Source: Cyanidioschyzon merolae
Lineage: Eukaryota
Strand: one strand, 5' to 3'
Assembly: GCA_000091205.1 (NCBI GenBank)
Contig: AP006485.2
DNA length: 64,000 nucleotides
In this document: positions 11,507 to 23,346 of the stretch, one piece after another
Numbering within the stretch: position 1 is the first letter of the stretch
How the letters are laid out: each line of letters begins with the position of its first letter
Notes under the pieces: generated by a model
The model's input: only the letters and a program-made list of their open reading frames with translations
Databases searched by the model: none
What the model was told of the DNA's origin: nothing
Position numbers and translations under genes: made by a program

Positions 11507-12552
11507 GGATATCTTCACGTCAATATTTTCTCAGATGGATCAAACTGAACCTGGGCGGGCTCTTGGGAGGAAAGTTTCACAAGGATCCCCCACGAACGAT
11601 GTTTCGATTTCTTTTCTTGACGGATTCTGTTTCGCGGGGGGCTTGACGACGCTGATTTCGATACCGCAAAGCCCCGGGTCGCGAAAAGGACGCGCGAACG
11701 TCACACGCGTCGCACCGCCCCTGTTTTGTGACCGCAGTTGGACAGAGCGCCGGGAGTTGAAAGAAAAAGCCTTGTGTTCACATTGTGTGCATATCGGCGG
11801 CCGCGGGCAGGTTTCAATGCTTCGAAAGGCTGTTCACATTCCCTGCGCGCTTCTTTGAAGTTCACTGCGCCCTTTCGAAACGGACTCAGTTTGGCGATGA
11901 ACATACAGGAGACATCGCGAGAAACACTGGTTTTGATACGCACTCGGAGGTACAGGATTTCTTTTGCCGATGCGGCCCGTATTAGCAGCCTTTCGAAGCT
12001 GCCCGCATGGATATTCGTACATATCCATTCGCTTGCTGCAAAAAGTGAAGCAGAATCGTACATAGCTTTAGGTTAAAAACCGTCACGCTTCCCGGGAGTG
12101 ATAAGATGTATTTGGTGTCATTTCCATGAACCTACCGCATCACCACCTTGTCTAGAAGCATACGTGGTCACATTATGGAAGCAATTCTCACTGCTCCAGT
12201 GAAACCGTTTCTCCTCGGTGAGCGCATCAATGAGGTTACCCCGTTGATCACGAACTGGACAACATCTCGTCCAAATTCGGGGATGAACCCTGCGATGTAC
12301 GGTGCACTCCGTCGACTTGTGCATAAGTGCAACCAGGGGCGGCATCGCATATTCTCCGTCACCACAGTTTCAGAAAAATGTCTCGGGAATGCATATTCCA
12401 AGTCCAGCGCTTCAGCTGGTTCAATCTGCACCAACATGATGAGATACCCCAGCGCGCACATTGCACATCAAAGTCGCAAAACAAGCCACCGTGTCCAGGC
12501 AAAATGGACAGCCATAGAGGCCCAGCATCGTCCAGAGCTCTGCCTCTGTTTC

Positions 12553-13746
12553 TTACTTCCACATCTTTTCAATAGAGAGATTTTTCTCTGAGTCCTGGCG
12601 CATTACTTTTGCGACTGCCATCTCGAAATCCTCCTGAGTAACATGCGTTCGGCGCTCGCGCAGCGCAAACATCCCTGCCTCTGTGCAGACCGCCTTCAGA
12701 TCTGCACCGCTAGCCCCGTTCATTTTCGCAGCGATCGCTCGAAGGTCGATGCTCCGCACTAGGTTCATTCGTCTAGAGTGGATACGCAGAATGTCCAAAC
12801 GTGCGTCTTCATTTGGATGGGGGAATTCTATTTTCCGATCAATCCGGCCAGGCCGCAAAAGCGCCTCGTCCAAAATGTCGATCCGGTTTGTTGCCATCAA
12901 CACTTTGATGTTTGTCGTTGGCTCAAAGCCATCCAGCTGGTTCAGTAGCTCCAACATCGTGCGTTGTACTTCAGAGTCACCGCCGCCACGACTGTTGTCG
13001 ATGCGTGCGGAGCCGATGGAATCGACTTCGTCCATGAAAATGATGCTAGGAGCGTGTTCACGTGCCAACGCGAACACAGATCGAATGAGCTTGCTGCCCT
13101 CGCCGATGTATTTTTGCACCAGCTCACCACCAGACACACGGATGAAGGTACAGTCGGTATGGTGCGCAACCGCTCGAGCTAACAAAGTCTTTCCTGTGCC
13201 AGGCGGTCCGTACAGCAGGACGCCCTTGGGCTGCGCAATCCCCAACGCATCGAATAGCTCTGGATGCTTGATTGGCAGCTCGATCACTTCTTTAATCTGT
13301 TTGATCTGCTCATCGAGCCCTCCAATCATGTCATAAGTGGAGTCTGGAACTTTCTCCACCTTCATCAGAGAGACCAGAGGATCAAACTTTGACGGCAAGA
13401 CGAGGTGCAGAGCGTACGAGTCGTTTCGAAGCGCAACGCGAGCACCGGGCTTCACACTCGACGCAGCCACCTGCTTCTCCACATCAACGATATACTTTCC
13501 TTCGGGATGGACTTTCACAAGCGCTTTGTTCTTACCGACTGGCTTGACAACTTCACCCACGTAGGAGCCGGGCTCTTGAAGTAGTTGGAGTTCTTCACGC
13601 AAACCGCGAACTCTCCCATTGAGTTCATTTCTTTGCGCCTCCAAACGCCGCACTGTTTCCGCCTTTTCTTGGATTAAAGACTCAAACTCGTCGATTTTTG
13701 TCTGATAATACAAACGTAGACCAGAAGATCCAGCCGAAGTAGCCAT
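12553..13746 (-). CDS. RPT6: 26S proteasome regulatory ATPase subunit Rpt6 (PSMC5)
   Basis: Near-colinear match to Rpt6 along its length: LRQYY...[10 protein letters not shown]...GSYVGEVV...[11 protein letters not shown] Walker [28 protein letters not shown], and the C-terminus [15 protein letters not shown]. The ORF's listed start is upstream; MATSAGSS (ATG at 13744-13746) is the likely real start. Confidence 0.9.
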   Translation of the reverse strand: MATSAGSSGLRLYYQTKIDEFESLIQEKAETVRRLEAQRNELNGRVRGLREELQLLQEPGSYVGEVVKPVGKNKALVKVHPEGKYIVDVEKQVAASSVKPGARVALRNDSYALHLVLPSKFDPLVSLMKVEKVPDSTYDMIGGLDEQIKQIKEVIELPIKHPELFDALGIAQPKGVLLYGPPGTGKTLLARAVAHHTDCTFIRVSGGELVQKYIGEGSKLIRSVFALAREHAPSIIFMDEVDSIGSARIDNSRGGGDSEVQRTMLELLNQLDGFEPTTNIKVLMATNRIDILDEALLRPGRIDRKIEFPHPNEDARLDILRIHSRRMNLVRSIDLRAIAAKMNGASGADLKAVCTEAGMFALRERRTHVTQEDFEMAVAKVMRQDSEKNLSIEKMWK

Positions 13747-13914
13747 TTCGCAGGGCCGCTTGCCACAACTCCTGCACGCCCCCAGCTGAAACCGTGGCTG
13801 GAAACCGAAATCCGAATTGCCTCGTGCGCATAACACCGCAGTGCGACCTACACAGTGCAGGTGGTACTTGCGCGAGCAGAGGAACGCGTTTCGAAAGCGC
13901 GTGTTCATCTCTGT

Positions 13915-15714
13915 ATGGACGCGTCGATTATTGTCTTATCTGACTCAGAGCCGGCTTCGGATGTGCCTGAATGGGTCTCTGGCGATGATGTAGCTTCTAC
14001 AATTGGCGCAGACAACGAGTCGGTCGGGTTTCGCCGCGAGCGACCCTCACCGGTGTGCCACGAGGCGCAAGTTGCGCGGTGCTCCGCAGCGCTTCGCGGC
14101 GAGTCCTCGGCAGACCAGGAGCATTTGAGGGAAGATCATCCTCGGTGGTTGACAGAATTGTCGAAACGCCTTGAACTCTACTTGAACCTGGACTTTCAGC
14201 GACGCGTCGAAGAAGACGAGCTGCCTTCCAGCGACCTCGAAGGTGAGTTTTCGGCTCTTTCGCTCGATGTGCGCCCGGAAAAAAGTCAAACGGACCAACT
14301 CGCTTTGGAACTAGCTCAGTCACGTACACAATCTGCCAGTAAGACGCAAAAGACGTATGAGTGGGAAACCGATCGCTACGAGATCAACACCGCGTTGCGA
14401 GATCGAAGCTTTTCGTCGCCCACACGCTTGGAGCATTCGCAATACACTGATACCTCTGTTGCCTTTCAACTGGGAATGTGTGAGCATGCCTCACAAGAAT
14501 CAGTTGCGAAGCGAAAGTATGCACGAGAACATTATGCGAAAGGTTGCGTACAAGAGTGCCTCGCTGGTGTCCGCAAAATTGGTACCAGGACGCCTGTTTC
14601 CGACACCAGCCTTTCCACGATGTGTCGGTCGGGGAGCATCGTCATGCCGCATACGGCAATCAGATGGAAAACTTCACACATGACCATGATCATCCGCTGC
14701 ACCGAGCCGACCCAGAAGCTTTATAAGGAACTCGTGCCTCCGACCGGATCGCGCCTCTTCATGGAACCGCTGCCAGTCGAGATGGATTCCAGCGTGGTTG
14801 CAGTAATTCAATGGCAAGCGAATGCTCTGAAAAGTGCTTCATCTTCCGCGCATGGGAGCACAAAACACGCGATCGTGGAAACCTTGCTTCCTTTCGTGGT
14901 GATCTGCGTAGAAGGCACTGGGTTCTTGGCGCGTGGCGCTGATCGAACGCACGTACGGACCCTGGTGAAGGCCGTTACGCACATGTGCGTCGAGGGCACC
15001 AAAACAGAGATACTCATCAGATATACGAATCCGAGTGAGAGTCTCGCCCGAAGTGTACAACCCCCGAGGAGAGGACGGCATGCACACCGTCAGGGGACGA
15101 GCGCCGCTCCCAGTCGGGGTTGCGGCATGACACGCCAGTTGGTCGAGATGCAGTTTGTGAAACTTTCAACCTATTTCGTTGAAGAGTGCGGCATTGATCT
15201 TACCTGTGTGACAAGCATCGACCATGAACTCGAGTATATCTCGGCGCTCTCGGAGGCGCTTTTAGAGTTGCCCCTTGAGCTGGAGCCTCAACCCAATGGT
15301 GCCTTCCGGATCCAGTACGCTCCTGAAGATCTGGACTTGCAAGCGGCCGCACGCTCTGACTCGTTGCGGCGTAAGAAGAGTGTCCTCAGGGAGAGACAGC
15401 CCTCTGAAACGGAACTGGAATGCATGCCGAACATTGACAAGCGCATATTACTGCAGCTCTTCTTGTCTTCGATTCCATTCGTCTCTGAGGACACTGCAAA
15501 CGCCATTTCAACAGCGTATCCTTCGCTGGGTGCGCTCTACAGGGCCTATGAATCGTGTCCCGATGACCAAACCAGGCGGGCGTTGCTTGCGAAGATTCCT
15601 GTCCAGAGGAGCATCGGCGCCGGGCGAGTGCGACGGATTGGCCCGGCACTTTCAGGTCGAATTTTCGAACTTATTTGGCGCAAAAGGGGGGAATCGTTGG
15701 TTTCTCTTCGTTGA
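13915..15714 (+). CDS. ERCC4-domain protein, EME1/MMS4-like (non-catalytic Mus81 partner), with C-terminal HhH2
   Basis: ERCC4-like core ([24 protein letters not shown]) lacking the ERK catalytic motif. The C-terminal tandem helix-hairpin-helix region ([24 protein letters not shown]...[13 protein letters not shown]) is typical of the Mus81/Eme1 family. The listed start is GTG; the first ATG is at 13915. Confidence 0.45.
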   Translation: MDASIIVLSDSEPASDVPEWVSGDDVASTIGADNESVGFRRERPSPVCHEAQVARCSAALRGESSADQEHLREDHPRWLTELSKRLELYLNLDFQRRVEEDELPSSDLEGEFSALSLDVRPEKSQTDQLALELAQSRTQSASKTQKTYEWETDRYEINTALRDRSFSSPTRLEHSQYTDTSVAFQLGMCEHASQESVAKRKYAREHYAKGCVQECLAGVRKIGTRTPVSDTSLSTMCRSGSIVMPHTAIRWKTSHMTMIIRCTEPTQKLYKELVPPTGSRLFMEPLPVEMDSSVVAVIQWQANALKSASSSAHGSTKHAIVETLLPFVVICVEGTGFLARGADRTHVRTLVKAVTHMCVEGTKTEILIRYTNPSESLARSVQPPRRGRHAHRQGTSAAPSRGCGMTRQLVEMQFVKLSTYFVEECGIDLTCVTSIDHELEYISALSEALLELPLELEPQPNGAFRIQYAPEDLDLQAAARSDSLRRKKSVLRERQPSETELECMPNIDKRILLQLFLSSIPFVSEDTANAISTAYPSLGALYRAYESCPDDQTRRALLAKIPVQRSIGAGRVRRIGPALSGRIFELIWRKRGESLVSLR

Positions 15715-16090
15715 CAAGTATTTGCTCGGCTCGCAAAGCACGTATTCTTGTCTGATCTAGCCTATCACGCAGCATTGCCCGAGCTCACAGAACGATTCAG
15801 TCTTGGGCGTCGGCACAAAGCATCGCCTCGAGAGCATGCGTTGGAACGCCACGTCGCTTGCGTACTCGACGAAAAGATGAAGTCGCTTGTCCTTCGCCCC
15901 ATCAGCAATGCCATGCCACAAATGGACACGTCATTTCCACAGGCAGAGCGCGTTACCTGCCACAAAGACGCAATTCTTGATCCTGCTATACATGCATTGA
16001 ACTCCACAGTACTCGGGTATTTCGAGAATAAAGTAGTTGGAAGGAGACATGTGGGCGACATGCATTGCAGCACATTTCGTATTCTTACGT

Positions 16091-17298
16091 AATTTAGGGA
16101 TTCTCGGCCGTCTTTTCTGACATGCTTGTTCGACGCTCTGCCGTCGAAACGCAGGGAGGCTCGGGAGCCAAGACGATTTGCAACGAAATCGAGCTAGGGC
16201 TGGTAAAACAAGCGTTAGCACGATTCAATGCATACATACAAGCCTTTTGCATGTGCGTACCCTTCCGTGCAGCACGCTCGATTCACGCATGCTTCCAGTT
16301 TTCGACCGCTCTGTTTCAGGGCTGCTCGTGCGCGCACCAATACCTACTGCGTATGCGGCTCGGCGAAGTGCTCAACGCCATCTCTTGACGGGCTGTTCGC
16401 AAACTCGTGCCGAACACTCACCGGACCTGTCATCTTCAGATGATCATCGATTTCGTTCGATAGACAAACTCGCACCTCGTACCCGCCATCGACGAGGCGT
16501 CATTCCGCAGCAGCTGCATATCCCGCACGGAATATGCTCACAGAAGCGCTCCCGTCTCTTCGGGTGCATCGAAGGGCGTCACGGAGTCGGACGTTGGTCG
16601 TCGCTGCGATGGATTTCATAGGAGAGCGCGTACACGCTTTTCAGTGGGAAGGCGTCGGGCGGTCGAAGTCCTGCGACTTGTCCTCCAGCCAGGGGACTCG
16701 CTCCGGTGTATTTTGCATCGCGGATAGCATTGCATTCCAGAAACCCTCGATCGATTGGAACGTCGTTCGCCTGCGTGTCCAGCGCGCAGAGTACTCGCTG
16801 AGCGGACAGCGCAGAAGACGCCCCTAGTCGCAGGGTACGCCAACAGGCGCTGAAACGTGTGAGGGCATGCGAGGGATGCTTTCCTCGCCCGTCGAGTGCA
16901 TATACCTATGCGATGAAGCGTACCCTCCGGAGCCTCAGGGCGGTTCTCCGCGGAGGAGGTTTGGTCGACATATAGGACAACGCAACCAGGGACCAGTCGC
17001 ATATCTGGAAGAAGGTGCGTCGACGCAGTGTACAACGAACGTGAGAGTGGAAAGCGATGCGTAGGACACAACCAGCGCCTGCACATGAAATGCGTCGCTC
17101 TTTGCTGCAATCGGTGAACTCGTGGCTTGAATGGTGCCAGCACCACCGTTGGACGGCTTCCAAGAGAGCTGGAGGAAAAACATGAACCATTGTATGTAAA
17201 GCCGAAGATAAGAGAGAGAGAGACAGAGTAGGGAAGCAGTCGCAGAGGAAGCCAGCAAAGGCTGGTGTCGTTGACAATTGGAAGAGACCCAAACTTTT
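16091..17298 (+). repeat. RepA copy 2
   Basis: See RepA copy 1; about 99% identical, in the same orientation, 8.8 kb downstream. Confidence 0.85.
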
Positions 17299-17454
17299 TG
17301 TCTATCCAACCGAGTTCGTTAAGTTGACCTACTCCAGAATATTCTAATACGCTCGTATGACTGACGAGCACTCTGACCCTCTGGTGCTACTCTTGGTCTT
17401 CAGCGCCGCGCCCGTTGTCACCTTCTCGTGTGGAGAAAGTGTCTATTTGCAGTA

Positions 17455-18231
17455 ATGGAAGGCCCAGCCGCGGAGTCAGCAACTGCTCGTGAAAAGCTTT
17501 CTTTCGAAAGGAGGCTCTCCCTGAGCAGGGAGGCGAAGGAACGTGGGAACGCGCTCGTCCACGAAAAGAGTTACAACGAAGCAAAGCGTGCCTACGACGA
17601 AGCGTTCGTATACATGTTCTACTCCCAAGAAGAATACGAGTACGAGTTGACTCAAACAGAAAAGGAAATTTACCAAGACTTTCTGCTAACGCTGCACCTA
17701 AACCGTGGGTTGTGCAAGCTGAAGTTGCGAGACTTCGACGGCGCCAAGTGGGACTTCGACGAGGCCCAGCGCTATGCGAAAGCGCGCTGCGTCCACGGCG
17801 GTGTGGGTCACCCGAAAGCGCTTTATCGCAGAGCCCTCACCCTAATGGAGATGGTACGAGTGGAGCTTGAAAAGGCCGCACGACGCGAGTACTGGGATGA
17901 TGATCGGACACTGCAATGGTGCAGCGCAAGCGAGACAGACCTAAGGGACGCCCTCAGCCTAGCGCCTGCTGATAGAGCCATACCATTGGCACTCCAAGAA
18001 CTCAGCAACCTACGCATGCAGATCGTAGAACTTCAGAAAGCTCAACGCGCGCGATCCAAGGCACTCTTCGCGAAACTTGGAAGCCGAACGATGAAACCAG
18101 ACAGCAATGCGCGAAAGAGCCATACATGTCCGTCGACGGATTCAGGAACGAACGCTTCCACTCAACCAGTGACAAACGAGGAATGCATACAAGCTTCTCT
18201 TCCAGCATTAGAACGCGTACGTATCTACTAA
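17455..18231 (+). CDS. TPR-repeat protein
   Basis: Tetratricopeptide-like repeats (EAKERGNALVHEKSYNEAKRAYDEA...LNRGLCKLKLRDFDGAKWDFDEA...). The listed start is GTG; the first ATG (MEGPAAE) is at 17455. Confidence 0.4.
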   Translation: MEGPAAESATAREKLSFERRLSLSREAKERGNALVHEKSYNEAKRAYDEAFVYMFYSQEEYEYELTQTEKEIYQDFLLTLHLNRGLCKLKLRDFDGAKWDFDEAQRYAKARCVHGGVGHPKALYRRALTLMEMVRVELEKAARREYWDDDRTLQWCSASETDLRDALSLAPADRAIPLALQELSNLRMQIVELQKAQRARSKALFAKLGSRTMKPDSNARKSHTCPSTDSGTNASTQPVTNEECIQASLPALERVRIY

Positions 18232-18731
18232 TTTTTGACATTTTTCGTGTGCTGTGGCATTCAAGAATCCATGTCTCTTCAACGCAACGAGCCGCGCATC
18301 CACGTCTCAGTGAACCCATGCTTTCCCGGACGAAGATATCCATCGCACAGTCTGGGATCCCTGGCCTGTTGAAATGCTCTGTCAAACAACACCGTGCGCT
18401 AGCCTCTCATCCGAGAGTCACTTTGTTCCATTGCACGCGCACACTTGACTCGCCCTGAGGCAGCTGCTGTGTGCGGCTATGTTGCGGCGTCATAAACGCG
18501 CTTCATGCGACATCTCTCCTCGTGGCAATCATTCAACAGCAATAGCGTTTGTTTGTATCGCAGAAAGCGTTTCAAACAGATTCTAGTGACTTATGGACGC
18601 CAGGAGCACCCTATATCTCGGATGCATAGAGCCTTATGTATCTAGGAATGCGCTGCAGTGCCTGCTTCTTGTACCAGCTGGGTGGTGATCGCGAATATCA
18701 GAGCACTACGGGACACTTTTGGGGACGCGGC

Positions 18732-20012
18732 TCAACGCGCCTTGGCTGAACGCTGCGGAGGGCTCTCCAATATCTTCATCCGGGTGGCATCCACGGGCGC
18801 GTTGGCGTCGCTAGACCTGAGATAGGAGCGTATAGCAGCAGTTTTGGCGTCGGGCATGGCATCCCTATTGGTGTGCGCGCCGGCTGTCGCGGCTGCGGAC
18901 CTCGCTCCAAGTGGCGGACATCCGAGCCATCTACGAACTCTCTGGTGTCGAAGCGCAAACGCCTGGAGCATGGAGAAGAGGTTGTTCGGTAACCAGTAGC
19001 AAAAAAGAATGGCAGGAAACTGTGCAGTCAGCGGTAGTAGGATCAGAGCGAAGATTCGCATCAAATTCAGCGCAAAAGGAGGCAGCTGGGCTCCGCCAGT
19101 CTCCGTGCCCATTTGAATCATGAATAGCATGGTGGCACTGGTCAGCGCCGGCAGTCCATAGAAGGGATCCGGCAGGGAGAGGTCTCGGAACCATCCCAGA
19201 CCGCCATTCCGTAGCTCATCTGGGTAGATCTTAGCTATTTTCCGAAGTCCCAGAAAGAATGAGATAAAAAGCGGCATCTGCACCAGAGGATTCACCAGGC
19301 TACGTAGAGGAGATATCTGGTTCTCCCGCAAGAGCCTAAAGACTTGTTGTTGAAGGGCACGGATTCGCTGCTGGTCACCACTGTGCATGGCAGCCTGCAT
19401 CCGCTCTTTGATTGCATCAACATCTGGTTTGATACTCTGCATTCGAGCAGCGTTTCGGAACGTATTCAGCGTTAGAGGTAGCACGAGTATGCGAGCGAGG
19501 ACGGTCACGGCAGCTACTGTGGCCCACCAGGGAAGATCGGTGTACTCCTGGAACATTATGATGCCTTGAACGACTGGATCGTACCAGTTCCTTTCAGCTG
19601 AGAGTGCGGCTTCCGCTGCTTCAGATGCAAGGTCCGTCGACGCAGCATTTGAAGAGGCCCGGAGATCATCAGCAATTTTCGCTGTGGCCTCCGAGTCGAC
19701 AGTGGTTGTACCAGGCCCAGTCGACTTCGGACTTTCCGCACCGAGCACTGCGGTGGCGCTTTCGGCGCGTCCAACTGCCCTCGATGACTCACTTTGGAGC
19801 CTTCGAACCTGCAGTTTTCCGAGATCTATGCAGTCCAGTCTGCGAAAAGGGTCTCGCTGTACCAACGTAGCACCGGGAGTGCTAGCTCGCGTAACAGGCA
19901 GTGCGTGTGCTGCTCGTGCGTGTATACCTCGAGCGAGGAAACGAGAGGCATTTTTGAGGCCTTGCTCACCAGAGAGGAGCCGACCCACCCCGAACAAACA
20001 CTGACGAAGCAT
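18732..20012 (-). CDS. YidC/Oxa1/Alb3-family membrane insertase with organellar presequence
   Basis: Conserved insertase core: WWATVAAVTVLARILVLPLTLN...QQQVFRLLRENQISPL...NPLVQMPLFISFFLGLR...GGLGWFRDLSLPDP. The listed start is TTG. The in-frame ATG at 20010-20012 gives an Arg-rich amphipathic presequence (MLRQCLFGVGRLLSG...). Confidence 0.65.
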   Translation of the reverse strand: MLRQCLFGVGRLLSGEQGLKNASRFLARGIHARAAHALPVTRASTPGATLVQRDPFRRLDCIDLGKLQVRRLQSESSRAVGRAESATAVLGAESPKSTGPGTTTVDSEATAKIADDLRASSNAASTDLASEAAEAALSAERNWYDPVVQGIIMFQEYTDLPWWATVAAVTVLARILVLPLTLNTFRNAARMQSIKPDVDAIKERMQAAMHSGDQQRIRALQQQVFRLLRENQISPLRSLVNPLVQMPLFISFFLGLRKIAKIYPDELRNGGLGWFRDLSLPDPFYGLPALTSATMLFMIQMGTETGGAQLPPFALNLMRIFALILLPLTAQFPAILFCYWLPNNLFSMLQAFALRHQRVRRWLGCPPLGARSAAATAGAHTNRDAMPDAKTAAIRSYLRSSDANAPVDATRMKILESPPQRSAKAR

Positions 20013-20572
20013 CTCTACCTGAGAAGGGCCATGAGCAAAGACGGTATGCTGTCGCACGCGACACAAGACTGCTTGAACGAGCCTGCTGCGTACCTTGTCA
20101 CCGATGCCTTGCGGGTGGACGCGCCTTGCCTCGTGCGATCGATGATGCCGTGTGGCGGGCGTGCCGACGTTGTCCCAGTGCCGATGCTCGAACGTATCTA
20201 GCAAGTTTTATTTCTGATCATGTACCTGGAGGGTGAGCAAATCATCGTTTCCCATTACTTCGAAGGTCAATACGGCTGCCGTTTTTATATTATCTGTAGC
20301 TGATTCAGCGCAACGAGCCGGGAAACGTTTGAGATGCTCTGTTACAACACCGCATCCGGTTCGTATTTGCTGGGAACACAGTAATATAGAATCGTGGAAC
20401 AACGATACCGTTCATCAATCGCAAAGAAGCATCATTTTCATTGTGTGTATACGTGTGTATGGTTATCCAGCGTTTCTGGATCGCTGACGGTACCATTCAA
20501 TTGTCATTTTTGATCAGCGTTTTTATGCTGCGTCCTCTTGCTTTGGACTTGCGGCGACCGCCATCATGCCTT

Positions 20573-21560
20573 TCAGCTCGGACCGATGAACACCTTGGAT
20601 TCCTTCTCTTCATCCGCCTTGAACGGTTCGAAATGTTTGTCGCTGCTCAACTGAGGCATACGTTTCATGAAATACATGTAGACTGATATACCATCGTGCT
20701 CACTTGTCCGTTTAGTCATCACTTCAGTTCCGCCGCGCGCACGAGAATCCTTGAACCAGTGCCGCCAATGTTCACAGCGAAGTTGTACGCATACTGCATA
20801 CCTGATCGCCGAGACCAGCAGTTGTTCAAAGAGCACGTGATGATATACAGTACGCAAGTGTCTACAGTGACATGTCGAAATGTACCATGGGAATTTGGAC
20901 AGGTGGCAGCCCTGCGCCCGGCACTCCTACAAACAGTTGCTCGACGAATTGCTTCAAGTCGAGGAAAGCTACGCGAAACATCCCAAAGCGAAAGGCTACG
21001 CGATCCCGAATGACGTTCAGCATCTCACGGTACGGAAGTTTCTCCCTGCCAGTGTGTTTCAGTGCCCAAACGACGATAACATTTTGAGATGGAATTTTTT
21101 GCCAGAACAGTTTCTCGTTCGCCGCCCTTCTTGTCCTCTGTTCCGGCGGATTTGAACCTTCTTTGTCTTGTGGATTCTTCTCCTTCTCTGCTACTTGGTG
21201 CAGTACCATGTCTACGTTCACTGGACTCTGCGTGTGCTTTCTTCCGCGGCAGTGAGAAGGCTCTGGTGGACGGTGGTGCTCAAATACGCATTCTCGATGT
21301 ATACATCTATTCTGCCTTACGTATCTTCTCGTCATATTCTCCGTGGTGAGCATGCCCACAGGCCGAGGCGAGCATTCCTTCACCTGTCCGGGCAAGAGCA
21401 CACAAGCTACAAAGCAGTTCAGGGCTGGTGAATGTAGAACAAGATTTGTGGAAAATGACACGCTGGAGAACGGTGTCATGGATGTGAACGGATCCACGAT
21501 CGATACGTGAGCGTAAAAATAGTTTTGACGACATAGAATACTCCTTCTACTGGACTGCAC
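20573..21560 (-). CDS. hypothetical gene (two adjacent minus-strand ORFs, possibly split by a short intron or frameshift near 20858-20862)
   Basis: Two ORFs sit end-to-end on the minus strand (20862..21560 and 20573..20857). No domain recognised. Confidence 0.2.
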
Positions 21561-23346
21561 AGCGGAGATTACAGTGGAATGAAAAGCAGGCCAACGTCAG
21601 AGTCAGCCCCGCAATACTTGACCGTCTTTGAGTGCTGGAAAGCGACTTTGCCGTTGGGCATGATAGAAGAATGTGCGACAGTGAAGCCACTCAGTAGCTC
21701 TACGATGGATGAGGCTTTGAACGATTCGGTCTTTTGGGCGATTTGTGGTCGACTAGAGGATCGAATCGCAGCCAGGGCTGATGTTTTCGGAGTTCTCGTG
21801 CGTGCCTCCTGTGCGATTCGTATTGTCGGCTCTTCGAATGCCCGTGTACAAGTCCACCATATCTCCCGAACAATGTGTCATCAAGTGAGACGAACACAAG
21901 TCCGTCCAGCTATAAGCGTTCGCGTTTCCGCATAAGACCAATCAAGTACTCTTGGACGCACCACTGTCCAGTACAGAACCGTTTTTACTGCGTTATCCAT
22001 CGGTGTCTGTTCAGTACTGTTCTTATTAACCGAACGCAAATATGGCATCCTGTGGCCACCTCGGTAGTCTTCCGTAGAGTACGCCTGCAATGAAAGGTAT
22101 TGACGATGAGAAAGTCTTACAACAAGAGTCCAATTAGTTCTGCTTTGTGCGTATGTAGCATAGGATAAGGTCTTCGAGAACTTGAGCTCATTCACCATCT
22201 AACGGTAGGATGACTGATTTGAGTACGGAAATCCGTTTTTCGCGAAGTATGACTGACGTCTTAAAGTGCTTCTACGATATTTCTTTAATCTTTGGGACGC
22301 ATCTTTTTTTACTGGTTACAAGCGAGAGAAAAAACAAAAGCATAAAGAGCGTGCTCGTTAAGATGTTCTAAAATGCGCTGCTATGACTATCAAGTCCTGC
22401 GGTTTCTCAGCGTCTGTGTGGGAAACACACAAATTGAAAAAAAAGTGCAGTGCTAGTTGTGCAGGAGCATGCCCGGACTTGAGTATGGGTAATGCTTTTG
22501 TCGAGAAAGACAGATACGCTATTTGCCTGTTGTACGCAAGCCACATCCGGTACTGTAGGCGACAAGAAATGTAGAAACACATTTGGAGTTCGTTTGAACT
22601 TCATTGCACAACTCCAACCGACTTCTTCCTAACAAGCTGAATGGTTTTATCACCGGCATGGTGGATCAGCCTCGACTGAGCGACTCGCAAACGGATTTGG
22701 TACAGATTCGTTCACTGGAGAAACTGTCTCTTCGCTAGACGCATTATGTTCACGTTGCTGCATTTATGTATGCAATTTCACGTCCATACCCATAGCAGGG
22801 TTACTTGAGGAAGAGTCTGTTACCCAGATGGCTGGCTGCCGCCCACATGAACCCAGGGTAAGGCTCTCGATGTTGTAGGGTCGATGCAGAACTCCCCGCA
22901 TTCCTCGAGAGACACGACTGTGGCCGACAAGGAACGAATCCGCAGAAGTTGTCGCAAGCGCATGCGTTTTGCTGTTGCGTTGCTGTCCAAAGTATGCGTC
23001 CCGCCCTGTCCGCAGGGCGCTTGGACGCAGAGGGCCGCGTGCAGCTGCCTTGCCCATTGAAAGGTCCTGTCGGAAGCAGAAAAACTACTAAAATTTAGCG
23101 CGCTTCAATCCTGTCAGCTTCAGAAAAAAAAGCGACCGCAACCTGCATCGCAAGAGGTCGCCGCCAGGAGAACCGGCGAGCCTCATATCCCCCGTACTTC
23201 GCAGTGGAAATTCGCTGTTCGAGGCTGCGACACCGCTGGCACGACTCAGATAACTTCTGCAAAGCCATTATCTCCTGTCGAGATCTATGCTATAGCAGGT
23301 GCTCGAAGCGCCTCCGAGCGCTCACTAGAGCACAATCTTTCGCTTT

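Noticed and set aside
7277-17298. RepA pair as LTRs of an LTR retrotransposon
   Set aside because: The repeats do not start TG and end CA. There is no PBS/PPT-like sequence, and the 7.6 kb between them encodes host genes (Rpt6, ERCC4 protein) rather than gag-pol.
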